Under the pieces are notes generated by a model. It saw only the letters and a program-made list of their open reading frames with translations, did not search any database and was not told the DNA's origin. 64,000 bases of DNA, from positions 167,976 through 231,975 of the IMG/VR virus record IMGVR_UViG_3300042934_000547. One strand, written 5' to 3'. Of the stretch, positions 1 through 9,555 are shown piece by piece. Made by a program: the position numbers and the translations under genes. Positions within the stretch are counted from its first letter, which is position 1. Each line of letters begins with the position of its first letter.

Positions 1-63
1 ACTCTGGTTTAATTTCTTTTCTGGAAGTTTGTTTAGATAAACCCCTCAAACAAATACTCTCTG

Positions 64-738
64 TCATATATAACGCTCCTTACTAATCAATTTAATATAG
101 TTTTCGACGATTTCCTTTTTCATGCTGTTATGAGAATCTGTTCTATCAGAACTATACTTATTATTCATATTGTCCTCGATAAGCAGATTTCTGGTAATTT
201 TATCTATTTTATCGTTAAAATAAGAAATCTCTTTAATAAAATTAATATCTGTTATGTTTTGTTTATTTGATTTGTTGAATACATTTCTAGCATTCTCTAA
301 TGATGAATCACTCTGCTTCACATGACCTTTTTGATGGTAAAATCTTAAATCTAAACCACTATCTAGTATTAATTTCATACAGTATATAAGTTTTTCTTGA
401 TTTTTAACAATCCCATTACCACCATAGAAGTTTCCATCTTTAAATCTCCAATTATGTACCCATTCTCTCAAGCTATTTATACAAATTAATGAATCAGAAA
501 AAATATTAAATTTGGTAGTACCATACGTATTATGAAAGTTTTTTGCTATTTTGATACCCAAAATTATTCCTTCTAGTTCCCCTCTGTTATTTGTTGTGTC
601 TGAAATCACTTTGCCAAAAGCATTAGTGTATTCTTTTGATTTTATAATAGCTCCTGCACATGAATATGTAGTACCCTTATATATTCTCACTGAGGCGTCG
701 GTAAAAATATTTACCCTGTTTTCGTAATCTAATTTCAT
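64..738 (-). CDS. rnhA: Ribonuclease HI
   Basis: Motifs IFTDAS, TTNNRGELEG, IFSDS, VKNQ, HQKGH, NDKID match the RNase HI D-E-D-D catalytic pattern; AGGAGG RBS. Confidence 0.92.
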   Translation of the reverse strand: MKLDYENRVNIFTDASVRIYKGTTYSCAGAIIKSKEYTNAFGKVISDTTNNRGELEGIILGIKIAKNFHNTYGTTKFNIFSDSLICINSLREWVHNWRFKDGNFYGGNGIVKNQEKLIYCMKLILDSGLDLRFYHQKGHVKQSDSSLENARNVFNKSNKQNITDINFIKEISYFNDKIDKITRNLLIEDNMNNKYSSDRTDSHNSMKKEIVENYIKLISKERYI

Positions 739-792
739 TTTGTTGTCCTCCTAAAATATTATCGAATATATAATATATACTTCTAATATGTT

Positions 793-1419
793 TTATTCAG
801 TACATAAATTGATATTTAAACTTTGTTTCAAAAATAAAGCTTGATTAAGAATCTGGTTGAAATTAGTCATTTCATTTAGATCGTTGCATTCTTCGATCAC
901 TGATTCTTTTGGAAGTAAAACGTAAATGTTCTCAGGCTCAATATTATGATATTCTAAAAGTTGTGATACGCAATAGTCAATGTTCATATTTTGGTGCTCA
1001 TTGATATAATTGTGTAATATTTCTCCCGGTATTATATATACATATCCCGGGTCATTCCCCAAATGAGTTTCTACTATTGGAATATTCTCTTCACTGTATA
1101 TAAAAGTAGACACTTTAGATTCATCAGTGTTTAGACCATTACATATCTGAGAAGCTACTTCACTTAATGAAAGTCCAGTATTTCTAGATACCAACATCGC
1201 CGTTGTGTGATCTATATCCACGATGCTTGAAAAGTCTTCTTTTAATGAAGAAACAAAAGATATATCATTAAATACGTCTTTACCATTCCAAAACGGAATA
1301 TTATAAGATTCATCAAGATATTGTTTCTTTATCGTTTCTATAACAGATGAATTTTCTCCAATAATTCCATTTATCAAATATTCAGTTTGTTTTAAATCAT
1401 CCATATTATTTGTTGTCAT
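793..1419 (-). CDS. Hypothetical acidic protein, possibly virion-associated
   Basis: 208-aa ORF with AGGAGG RBS; several hydrophobic-x-E sites like those in the head proteins. Confidence 0.55.
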   Translation of the reverse strand: MTTNNMDDLKQTEYLINGIIGENSSVIETIKKQYLDESYNIPFWNGKDVFNDISFVSSLKEDFSSIVDIDHTTAMLVSRNTGLSLSEVASQICNGLNTDESKVSTFIYSEENIPIVETHLGNDPGYVYIIPGEILHNYINEHQNMNIDYCVSQLLEYHNIEPENIYVLLPKESVIEECNDLNEMTNFNQILNQALFLKQSLNINLCTE

Positions 1420-2179
1420 CCTCCTTTTTTATTCTTATTATAGGACATGTGTTCATTAATTGCCCATACATTGAGTTTTGCGTAATTAATTTTCGTTCCT
1501 CTAATGTTTCTAGTAGATTATCGTATGAAGAAACTTTATTCAACTCATGTTCCACATATAAATAATCCGTATCAAGGATATTATTATGCGGTGCTGAATG
1601 TGCCAAATACATAGCATCATAAGATTTTTTCATGATGTATCTTTCCATAGCACTATCAGGAACATAAGCTCCATAAATTCTTAAAAATTCTTCATAGTTT
1701 CCCCTAACACTTGACATCGGGATCTGATAAAACTGATTATGAACTAATTCATGAGGAGTTTCTGATAATGGTATCAACCCTACCAATCCAATATAATGTA
1801 AATACGTAACTTCCATAGCAATCATTTCAACTTCACAATTTTGACCTGAAGCTAAACGTTTATTATAGACTGTTTCAGATATATCATATAATGTAAATGG
1901 CTCATGATGAACGTGTATTTTAATTTTCCTGTTTTCCAGACAAGAAACATTTTGAAATATTGCACATCTATGGAACCCTTTATATTTCTTAAGAAATTCT
2001 ATTATTTGTCTATATTCAAATGAATTTCTACATACATATTCTATATCTTTAATAAATTTATCATATTGATTTGGTTCAGTTAAATCATAATCTATTTTGT
2101 CAAACTCCGGTATATTCTCGAGTTTTAAGGTACTAACTGCATGATTGGTATCAATACTTTTCTTTGCTACATATTTCAT
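1406..2179 (-). CDS. Hypothetical protein with HNH-like motif
   Basis: CAIF..IHVHHEPFTL...GLIPLSETPHELVH resembles a beta-beta-alpha-Me/HNH arrangement. Confidence 0.5.
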   Translation of the reverse strand: MKYVAKKSIDTNHAVSTLKLENIPEFDKIDYDLTEPNQYDKFIKDIEYVCRNSFEYRQIIEFLKKYKGFHRCAIFQNVSCLENRKIKIHVHHEPFTLYDISETVYNKRLASGQNCEVEMIAMEVTYLHYIGLVGLIPLSETPHELVHNQFYQIPMSSVRGNYEEFLRIYGAYVPDSAMERYIMKKSYDAMYLAHSAPHNNILDTDYLYVEHELNKVSSYDNLLETLEERKLITQNSMYGQLMNTCPIIRIKKEDDNK

Positions 2180-2180
2180 A

Positions 2181-2270
2181 TTAAATCATACCTTTCGTTT
2201 TAGCACCAACATAGATTATACCTATTGATAATAATCCTGACAATAAGCTATTAAGAATCTCTCCTAGCAT
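2181..2270 (-). CDS. 29-aa hydrophobic peptide (not in ORF track)
   Basis: AAGGAG RBS then MLGEILNSLLSGLLSIGIIYVGAKTKGMI*; AACA-N6-TA motif upstream at 2333-2344. Confidence 0.6.
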   Translation of the reverse strand: MLGEILNSLLSGLLSIGIIYVGAKTKGMI

Positions 2271-2410
2271 ACTTAACTCCTTTCTTTATATCATAATTAT
2301 TGTGCCCTGAGTTATATTTTATTTTATTGCTTTATCTGTATGTTAAAACTTACCCATGTATGCATATCTAAAGAAAAAAAATAAAGAGGGAAGTTATTCC
2401 CCCTTTTTAT

Positions 2411-3232
2411 TTAATGATTATGGTTACATCCACACGATTGTTCACCAGTATGAACATGACCGCAATTACAGTCACGAGGTTCTCTAGTCTGAATTTGTGG
2501 ATTTCTTATAATCGGACTACCTCCAATAATGTAATTAATATATGTGGTTGTAAATAACAAAGTTGGATGATCATTACCACCCACAGTCAAAGTCATTTTT
2601 GTCATAAGATCATTTTCATCAAATTCATATTGGATATGTTTAGCCCCTGTAACAGATTCTTCCAGCACTTGACCTAAATCATTATCACGATATATCATGT
2701 GCGAAAGTTCATTACCATCTTCACCGATAACTATTTCACTCTTTTTGTTTGGTGAATTTGGATAAAACTCGCCTGTTACCTTAAACCCATCAATTTCAAA
2801 TGAATATTTATCACCATCGATTTTAATATCATATAACGTTTCAATCAAAGCTTCTTTATTTTCTGAATCTTGAGAATCTACCGAATGTTTAATCATTCTT
2901 ATTGGTCTTTCTAATTCATTGAATTCAGTATCCATATAATTTAAATAAAGACTACCACTTCTAGTTGTTTCAGTAAATTTGCTTTTTGTAAGTTTGTTAT
3001 TTTCGTCATAAAAATTTTCTGTTATAGAACTCGGTTCAATTTTTCTAATTATTTTATCAGTATCTTGTAAATAACTAATTGTTTTTTGATTACCTACATA
3101 AATAGACGTTTCATCATTAATACGAACAATTCTTCCGAGTTCATCAGTAAACATCAATGCGTGAAAGCATTCTCCTTCGTTTACAACCTTTCTTGTCACT
3201 AATATCTTTTTATTTGCTAAATTTTCATTCAT
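2411..3232 (-). CDS. YD/RHS-repeat-like protein (paralog 1) with Cys/His-rich tail
   Basis: YDENNKL, DNDLGQV, YEFDENDLM repeats; N-terminus similar to 3366..4055; likely start at MNENL (3232). Confidence 0.65.
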   Translation of the reverse strand: MNENLANKKILVTRKVVNEGECFHALMFTDELGRIVRINDETSIYVGNQKTISYLQDTDKIIRKIEPSSITENFYDENNKLTKSKFTETTRSGSLYLNYMDTEFNELERPIRMIKHSVDSQDSENKEALIETLYDIKIDGDKYSFEIDGFKVTGEFYPNSPNKKSEIVIGEDGNELSHMIYRDNDLGQVLEESVTGAKHIQYEFDENDLMTKMTLTVGGNDHPTLLFTTTYINYIIGGSPIIRNPQIQTREPRDCNCGHVHTGEQSCGCNHNH

Positions 3233-3365
3233 TTTATTACCCTTTCTTTGCCTCATTTTAGGATAAGATATGAGGTCTTACACATTATTTTCTTATCCAT
3301 ATCTATAATATACATTTGAAATAAGTTATATTTACATGGGGAGTGAATATTCACTCCCATTATTT

Positions 3366-4055
3366 TTAATTAAAAATTCGGTTATAAAATGTAGTGGTGG
3401 TTTCTTCTGTATTATTATCTTTATGAGACACTTTCTTAGTTAATAATCCATTTTCGTCATATGTATATTTAGTTAACTTTCCATATTGACATGTTGAGTA
3501 CCATTGATTTAATGGATTATCAATGTAAAAATTATGTATAACAACAGTATCTGTTTTTATTACCGTTGCTTTATATTCTTTCTTACGTGAAGAATTTGGG
3601 AAATAAGTAAAGTCCAATTTTCTGCCATTTATGATAAAAGTGTATGTATCATTAACTATAGTAGCATCCATGATTGTTTTTTCCTTTTTGGGATCTATAT
3701 CACCAAAAATAGAATCAGTACTACCCTTAGTGATCTGTATTATTCTCCCTAACTCATCATATGAAAATATCCATATAAAAAGGTTTACACCATCTACGTC
3801 TTTTGTATACTCCCTACCTACTTCCAATTTACCGTTTTCATCATAGACATATTCGCCACACATTGTAGAACTTATTTTAATGATTTTGTCAGTATCATTG
3901 AAGTATTCGATATTTTCTGACGATCTCGTATACTTCTTTTCCCTCCTTACAATTCTACCGAGTCTATCGGTAAACATCAGTGAATGAAATTGTTCCTCAC
4001 CATTATTCTTTCTCTTTGTTACCAAAATTACTTTCTTTTCCAAATTTTTGTTCAT
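3366..4055 (-). CDS. YD/RHS-repeat-like protein (paralog 2)
   Basis: YVYDENGKL, FSYDELGRI, YTYDENGLL repeats. Confidence 0.72.
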   Translation of the reverse strand: MNKNLEKKVILVTKRKNNGEEQFHSLMFTDRLGRIVRREKKYTRSSENIEYFNDTDKIIKISSTMCGEYVYDENGKLEVGREYTKDVDGVNLFIWIFSYDELGRIIQITKGSTDSIFGDIDPKKEKTIMDATIVNDTYTFIINGRKLDFTYFPNSSRKKEYKATVIKTDTVVIHNFYIDNPLNQWYSTCQYGKLTKYTYDENGLLTKKVSHKDNNTEETTTTFYNRIFN

Positions 4056-4182
4056 CTTGTTTATTCTCCTTTTTAGGTTTTTAAATAAAAATCTATGTTT
4101 TTATTCATATCTATAATATATACTTGAAAAAATAACTAGAGAAAAAAGAAGGAGGATGAAATTAATCATCCTCCATTATTAT

Positions 4183-4710
4183 TTACTTTCCAGTTGAGCC
4201 AAAGCCCTTCTCACCACGAGATGATGGGGATAATTGTTTTTTAATTACCAGCTTATCAGGTTTAATTCCAGTAGATATAACTAGTTGAGCGATTCTATCA
4301 CCGATAGAAACTATATATTCACTTTCACCTAAATTGAATAATACTACCTGAATTTCTCCTCGATAAGATTCATCTATTGTTCCCGGACTATTAAGAACAA
4401 ATAAATCATGCTTACGAGCTAGTCCACTTCTACTACGAACATCGGCGTATAATTCTTCCCAAGGGTTTAATCTGATATTAATAGACGATAAATCAATCCA
4501 AGTTCCAGTTGGTATGATTCGTTTTGATTTAGGTGGAATAGTAACATTTATAGTGCTTTGTAAATCCATTCCTATAGAACCTTCATCTTCGAATTTAGGT
4601 AAGAATTTTTCATCTGTAACCTTTACATCCATTGTGATTTTTGGTATATTTGGTAGTGCTGACAGTGTACCAGTAAAACACATTTCTGAATTAACTATTA
4701 AATTATCCAT
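4183..4710 (-). CDS. dut: Trimeric dUTPase
   Basis: GMDL, RSRSGLA, NSPGTIDESYRGEI, GDRIAQL, RGEKGFGSTG (motifs 1-5). Confidence 0.97.
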   Translation of the reverse strand: MDNLIVNSEMCFTGTLSALPNIPKITMDVKVTDEKFLPKFEDEGSIGMDLQSTINVTIPPKSKRIIPTGTWIDLSSINIRLNPWEELYADVRSRSGLARKHDLFVLNSPGTIDESYRGEIQVVLFNLGESEYIVSIGDRIAQLVISTGIKPDKLVIKKQLSPSSRGEKGFGSTGK

Positions 4711-4767
4711 TATAAACTCCTATTTATTATATTTGATTTTATCTTATAGTTGATCATAAAGATTTTT

Positions 4768-5226
4768 TTAAATTTGTGGGAATAGTACGATATCTCTATA
4801 TTGGGTCAAAATCAAAAATTCCCTTATAGCCCTCACATGTCCTAGTTCCTCAATCCCATCTGTAATTAAAGTAAAATCCTTTTGTAATGTCTCTAACCTA
4901 CTTATTATTAGATCATAATCATCTGCTGTTGAGCTACGAGTATTATAAATGAATGCATCTAATATACCGAACAATTCCGTTCGTTTATTATCACAATCTT
5001 CATTTATGAGAGGTAGACTTTGTTCTGGTGTGAGGTTTAATGAAACTTTAATTAATTCTACCTCTTGTTTAATTGCTAAGTCGCATGAAGCTAATTCAGT
5101 CTCTATTGATAGCTTAAGATCAGGTGATAAAGTTGTATCACTATAATTACTAAGTATTTCTTTTAATTCATCATTCTTTTTAATCAATGATCTTAAATTA
5201 TTAAAACTAATTTTTTCATATATCAT
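4768..5226 (-). CDS. Hypothetical protein
   Basis: 152-aa ORF, GGAGGT RBS, GACA-N6-TA variant upstream. Confidence 0.6.
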   Translation of the reverse strand: MIYEKISFNNLRSLIKKNDELKEILSNYSDTTLSPDLKLSIETELASCDLAIKQEVELIKVSLNLTPEQSLPLINEDCDNKRTELFGILDAFIYNTRSSTADDYDLIISRLETLQKDFTLITDGIEELGHVRAIREFLILTQYRDIVLFPQI

Positions 5227-5299
5227 AATATATTACCTCCAATATTGGTTAATTAGAATAGTGTCATAAAAAAGAAAGAGAGGGAATCCCCTCCTTTCA

Positions 5300-6031
5300 T
5301 TAAAAATATTGATACGAATCAATATAATCAGTGGTAGATAATGAAACTAATCTTTGAACCCCATCTTCAAATTTATCACTATATATTGGAGTGAAGAGTT
5401 TAATCTTACCAAAATTATCAATGTAAGATAATAGTGAACCGAATTTGTCATAGATATATGTATCTACAGCATCTTCTTTATTTGGTTCAGATACGATTAA
5501 ATATTTCTTTGTTCTACCTGTTGATAGAGTCTCATATCTGTATAATTGAGTAATATTAGTTTTTAAATCTCTTTCTTTCGTAATTCTTCTGTTCTCGTCA
5601 TAATCATAATCTATTGAAACAAATCCTCTCTGATTTATTAATAGATCACCATCATCATATGTATATTTAGAGATCATTCTACCTAAGTCATCGCACTCCT
5701 CTATTAATAAACAAGGATCATTATTGTCATATTTATAGAAGATTTCGTGTATCTTATTTTTTATACTATTTGTTGAATGTATAAGCCTTTGTAGTTCATC
5801 ATAATAACTTTCTTTAATAACGTTTAAATTATTTTTAAAGTTAACTGCTGTGACAGATTTTGTATTATTATCAGAAAAAACTGTCATTTGTTCCCACTCT
5901 GGTTTAGCTGTAGGGTTCTTAAAACTCTGCATCCTAATTACCTCATTTTCTCCATTGTAGAATACCTTATCTACTGAATTATTTGAATACTTTCTTGTTA
6001 CGATTTTTGTAACTTGGTTTTTGTTAATCAT
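5300..6031 (-). CDS. YD/RHS-repeat-like protein (paralog 3)
   Basis: YYDELQRL, YTYDDGDL, YDYDENRRI, YIYDKFGSL. Confidence 0.7.
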   Translation of the reverse strand: MINKNQVTKIVTRKYSNNSVDKVFYNGENEVIRMQSFKNPTAKPEWEQMTVFSDNNTKSVTAVNFKNNLNVIKESYYDELQRLIHSTNSIKNKIHEIFYKYDNNDPCLLIEECDDLGRMISKYTYDDGDLLINQRGFVSIDYDYDENRRITKERDLKTNITQLYRYETLSTGRTKKYLIVSEPNKEDAVDTYIYDKFGSLLSYIDNFGKIKLFTPIYSDKFEDGVQRLVSLSTTDYIDSYQYF

Positions 6032-6087
6032 TTTGTTTGTCTCCCTTTATATTTTATTTTTAATAGAATATGATTCTATTATTACTT

Positions 6088-6921
6088 CTAAACGTATAAT
6101 ATCTGTTTTATGTAATTGCTGGATTTAATCTCAATTAATTGATTGTTTCTGGTATAATATAATTTATATGAGTCCTTAAATACCGTTTTATCGTCTTCGA
6201 TTATTTCTGTAAATATTCTATCACCTTTATCATTAAATTCAGTAAAAGTAATATCAGTTATGCGTTTATTTTGTTCATTCTTATATTGCATAAATTCTTT
6301 ATTTGTAGCTTCCTTACCATTTTCATGATATGTGTATTCAGTAACATGAATTTTATCTGCATCATTATCATATGTATGAGTTATAGATTTAATCTGGTTC
6401 TCATCATTGTAATAATAATCAGTAACAATACCATTTTTGTGATTTATGTATCGTGTCAAATCATTTCTGATATTATAATAGTATGATGATAATATTCTAC
6501 CATTCTCATCACATATCTCACTTATCATATCACTGTTTTCAAAATACTTCATTATCACAATATTATCATCTGAAACTAATTCTGATAATAATCCACTTCC
6601 ATTATATTTATATAATGTGATTTTAGGTACACCAGTTTTGATATCAAAATCAAATGTACTAATTATCTTACCAGACAAATCATATTCTGACTTAGATAAT
6701 ACAACTCCATTAGTATTATACTTAGTTTCAATAATTCTAGTATTACTATGAGTAAAAACTGTTCTAAGTTCTTTAATAAGTTTACCCTTAGTATTAACCT
6801 CTTTCTCATATAGAGATTGACCTGAGTCATTAAACATCTCAAGTCCAATTTTAGAAATCTTACCTTCTCCATCATTAAATTTAGTTGTAACTATCTTAGT
6901 TACCTTATTTGAATTCATCAT
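6088..6921 (-). CDS. YD/RHS-repeat-like protein (paralog 4)
   Basis: EYDLSGKI, YKYNGSGLL, YYYNDENQI, YTYHENGK; N-terminus similar to 5300..6031. Confidence 0.72.
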   Translation of the reverse strand: MMNSNKVTKIVTTKFNDGEGKISKIGLEMFNDSGQSLYEKEVNTKGKLIKELRTVFTHSNTRIIETKYNTNGVVLSKSEYDLSGKIISTFDFDIKTGVPKITLYKYNGSGLLSELVSDDNIVIMKYFENSDMISEICDENGRILSSYYYNIRNDLTRYINHKNGIVTDYYYNDENQIKSITHTYDNDADKIHVTEYTYHENGKEATNKEFMQYKNEQNKRITDITFTEFNDKGDRIFTEIIEDDKTVFKDSYKLYYTRNNQLIEIKSSNYIKQILYV

Positions 6922-7039
6922 TCGAATTCCCCCTGTTATTAAGATTATTAATTCTATCCTATATTAGATTAGAATCAATTTCATAAATATAATATATACT
7001 TATAAGTGTTTTTATGGAATTGAAATGATTAAGTGATTT

Positions 7040-7442
7040 AATTGGGTAGAAGAATTTTTTACCCTTCTCTTCTCCTTTCCCCCCTTAAACCCCCCTTTCC
7101 TCATCTCATCCCATTCACCCCTCTCCCTTATAATCTAGATTTAAATTATATTTATTTATTCTTTATTATTCTACCATCAATTCCATTATTCTTTATTTAT
7201 CTTTAATTTTATTTATTTTTCTTCTTTCTCTTTATTTCTTTTCTTTATTCTTCCTGAGCTTCATCCATGAACCCCAATCTCGCTTCGCTCGTTCATTGGG
7301 TTCATGTCTCTACGAGACATTTTAGAGTCCAAAGCCCCCTATAGAAAACACCCGGTAGTAAAAAACTACCGAATGCGGGGGCTTGGACATAGTTACAACG
7401 CTCGACAATATTAGTATCAACTTTTGTGATTATCCTATTGTT
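7040..7442. other. Non-coding pyrimidine-skewed tract plus hairpin cluster (candidate replication origin or ncRNA)
   Basis: C/T-rich + strand 7060-7255; inverted repeats 7266-7278/7295-7306, 7304-7310/7314-7320, 7327-7339/7377-7388, 7353-7359/7365-7371. Confidence 0.5.
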
Positions 7443-7516
7443 ATTCGTAAATATTTTTTATAAATTTTATAGTCCTTCAACAATACTATAAATAATCCTT
7501 AGGAGGATATAAATAA

Positions 7517-8131
7517 ATGAATATAAAAAATAAGATTAGGTTATTCTTTCATAAATATAATTTAGATAATATATTTCTATTCTTTAATAATGATATAGAT
7601 TTAGAAACTAAAACGACCATTCTGAGTGAGGAAGAAATATTAAGCAATCCTTTAGCTAGTTTATGTCAGCACCCATTTTATTCTATTATAGATATAAGCT
7701 TTGTTAATCAAAAAATAGTAATCAGTCTAGAGTCAATTATAACTCTAACCATATTACATGATTGTATTCAGAATATTTATAATAGAACGTCTGACTATAT
7801 ATTCACATTTGACATCACACGGTCTTATAAGATAGATAAGCTCGTAATCGATGTGGAAATACAATTCAGTACGACTCAGCAGGCTTATAAGTATTTACTC
7901 CTTTTACTGACTGACCTTAACCTAGAACTTATAGAAAGTGTAACTGTAGAACCTAAAAATATTTACGAGCATGATGATCTACTAAAATATTTCAATTCAT
8001 ATCAAGTAAATTATGAATCATATATACGATATTTGGATTCTAGTAAAACTAAACCTCAAATCAAATATATTATTGATGTACTTCATAATCATAATGATAT
8101 GATTAAAAATATTCGTGATTTAATACATTAG
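7517..8131 (+). CDS. Hypothetical protein
   Basis: 204-aa ORF, AGGAGG RBS, AACA-N6-TA at 7479-7490. Confidence 0.65.
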   Translation: MNIKNKIRLFFHKYNLDNIFLFFNNDIDLETKTTILSEEEILSNPLASLCQHPFYSIIDISFVNQKIVISLESIITLTILHDCIQNIYNRTSDYIFTFDITRSYKIDKLVIDVEIQFSTTQQAYKYLLLLLTDLNLELIESVTVEPKNIYEHDDLLKYFNSYQVNYESYIRYLDSSKTKPQIKYIIDVLHNHNDMIKNIRDLIH

Positions 8132-8143
8132 AAAAAAAAATAA

Positions 8144-8169
8144 ACCTCTAGGACTTTAATCCTAGAGGT
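8144..8169. terminator. Bidirectional intrinsic terminator
   Basis: acctctagga-ctttaa-tcctagaggt between convergent genes, flanked by A/T tracts. Confidence 0.8.
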
Positions 8170-8180
8170 ATCTTTATTTT

Positions 8181-9200
8181 CTATAAATCCGTATATATTT
8201 CTTCTAATAGATTTCCATCCATATCATAAATTTTTCTATGCTTTTGATACTTATCAAATCTTACAGCTTCCTTATTCCATTTAGAATAAATAAACTCTTT
8301 AAAATGACATTCTATATCATTATAAATGAAATCTCTTTCCATCATCAACTTAGAGAAGTTTCCATCATGGAAATATATACTTCCACCATCAGGCATGATG
8401 ATATTTTTGTATTCATAGTCGTCGATTTTTTCTGTTACCATTACTACATCATGTGGTAACGATTCTATAGTAACGGTGTGCCCCTGATTAGCAGCTACTA
8501 TTGTGTAAGAACTAGGACGTCTTTGAAGTACCTCAAAATTATCAGTTGGTTTTAATAATATCTTATCCCTAATTTTACTATAATTGATCTTACCATAAAC
8601 TGATGAAACTAAATCTCTGAATGAAGAGTAATTACCATCTGTTAAAATAGATGTACCGTTCTCAGTGATATTAGCTAATAAGCCACTCTTGCTATAGAAA
8701 TATTTAAACTCTTTCTTAGCTGGTATTATGACTATCATTCGTTCCACATCGTGACGATATGATGTGTATGAATATATCATATGAGATACAGTACGTTGGT
8801 CGTTTAAACCTAAAACGCTTTTAACTAACAACAATTTGGTATCCATATTATTATAAATGCTTATTGTTGCCTTACCAGTAACTTCATCATATATTATAAC
8901 AGTATTACCATATTGCACTCCCTTTATTTCACGTTTAGTAACTTCGCCAGTAACAAGATTTGTCGTCCTATGTATTTGGTGTGGTAAATCTTCACGCAGA
9001 CTCATGTATTCAACATTTAATTCAGTTGATGCTACAAAGTCAGTCTTTGTCTTTATTCCACCATAGTTATTATAAATCTCTTCCTTTAGAAGTTTACCCT
9101 GAGACTCTTCGGTCCCCTGTTCATAAAGATATGTATGTCGTAACTTTGATTGTCCATCTACTAATGCATATACTTTCCTTAATTCATTTTTTCCTTCCAT
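8181..9200 (-). CDS. Divergent YD-repeat-like beta-rich protein (paralog 5, weak)
   Basis: YNNYGGI, FYSKSGLL, IYDMDGNLL; likely start MEGKN at 9200 after AAGGAGG. Confidence 0.5.
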   Translation of the reverse strand: MEGKNELRKVYALVDGQSKLRHTYLYEQGTEESQGKLLKEEIYNNYGGIKTKTDFVASTELNVEYMSLREDLPHQIHRTTNLVTGEVTKREIKGVQYGNTVIIYDEVTGKATISIYNNMDTKLLLVKSVLGLNDQRTVSHMIYSYTSYRHDVERMIVIIPAKKEFKYFYSKSGLLANITENGTSILTDGNYSSFRDLVSSVYGKINYSKIRDKILLKPTDNFEVLQRRPSSYTIVAANQGHTVTIESLPHDVVMVTEKIDDYEYKNIIMPDGGSIYFHDGNFSKLMMERDFIYNDIECHFKEFIYSKWNKEAVRFDKYQKHRKIYDMDGNLLEEIYTDL

Positions 9201-9361
9201 TTGTATCCTCCTTATATAACCTTTTAACTTATCGTTTATATAATATATACCCATATCAAATTTTGAAAATAAAAGGGAGGAGTGAAATTAATCACTCCCA
9301 ACAAGATGATTTTTATTACTTTACTTATAACCGAGACTTATGATATAGTTATATATATTTA

Positions 9362-9535
9362 GAAAAAAAAATATCGGGTAGGAAATCAATCCTACCCATT
9401 AGGCATGTGTAAAAGTAATTGATTTATATGAATTAAAAAAGGAACGTTGTTGATGGAAAACAAATTTTAGGAGTTATACATAACAAATTGTCTTCACATG
9501 CCTATTTTATTTAACTGAAATTTTCTTATTCAATT
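9362..9535 (-). ncRNA. Candidate ~170-nt small RNA
   Basis: AACA-N6-TA at 9535-9546(-); closing stem 9400-9409/9495-9504; terminator hairpin 9376-9397 plus T-tract; no ORF. Confidence 0.5.
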
Positions 9536-9555
9536 ACCTTATTGTTATTACCCTA

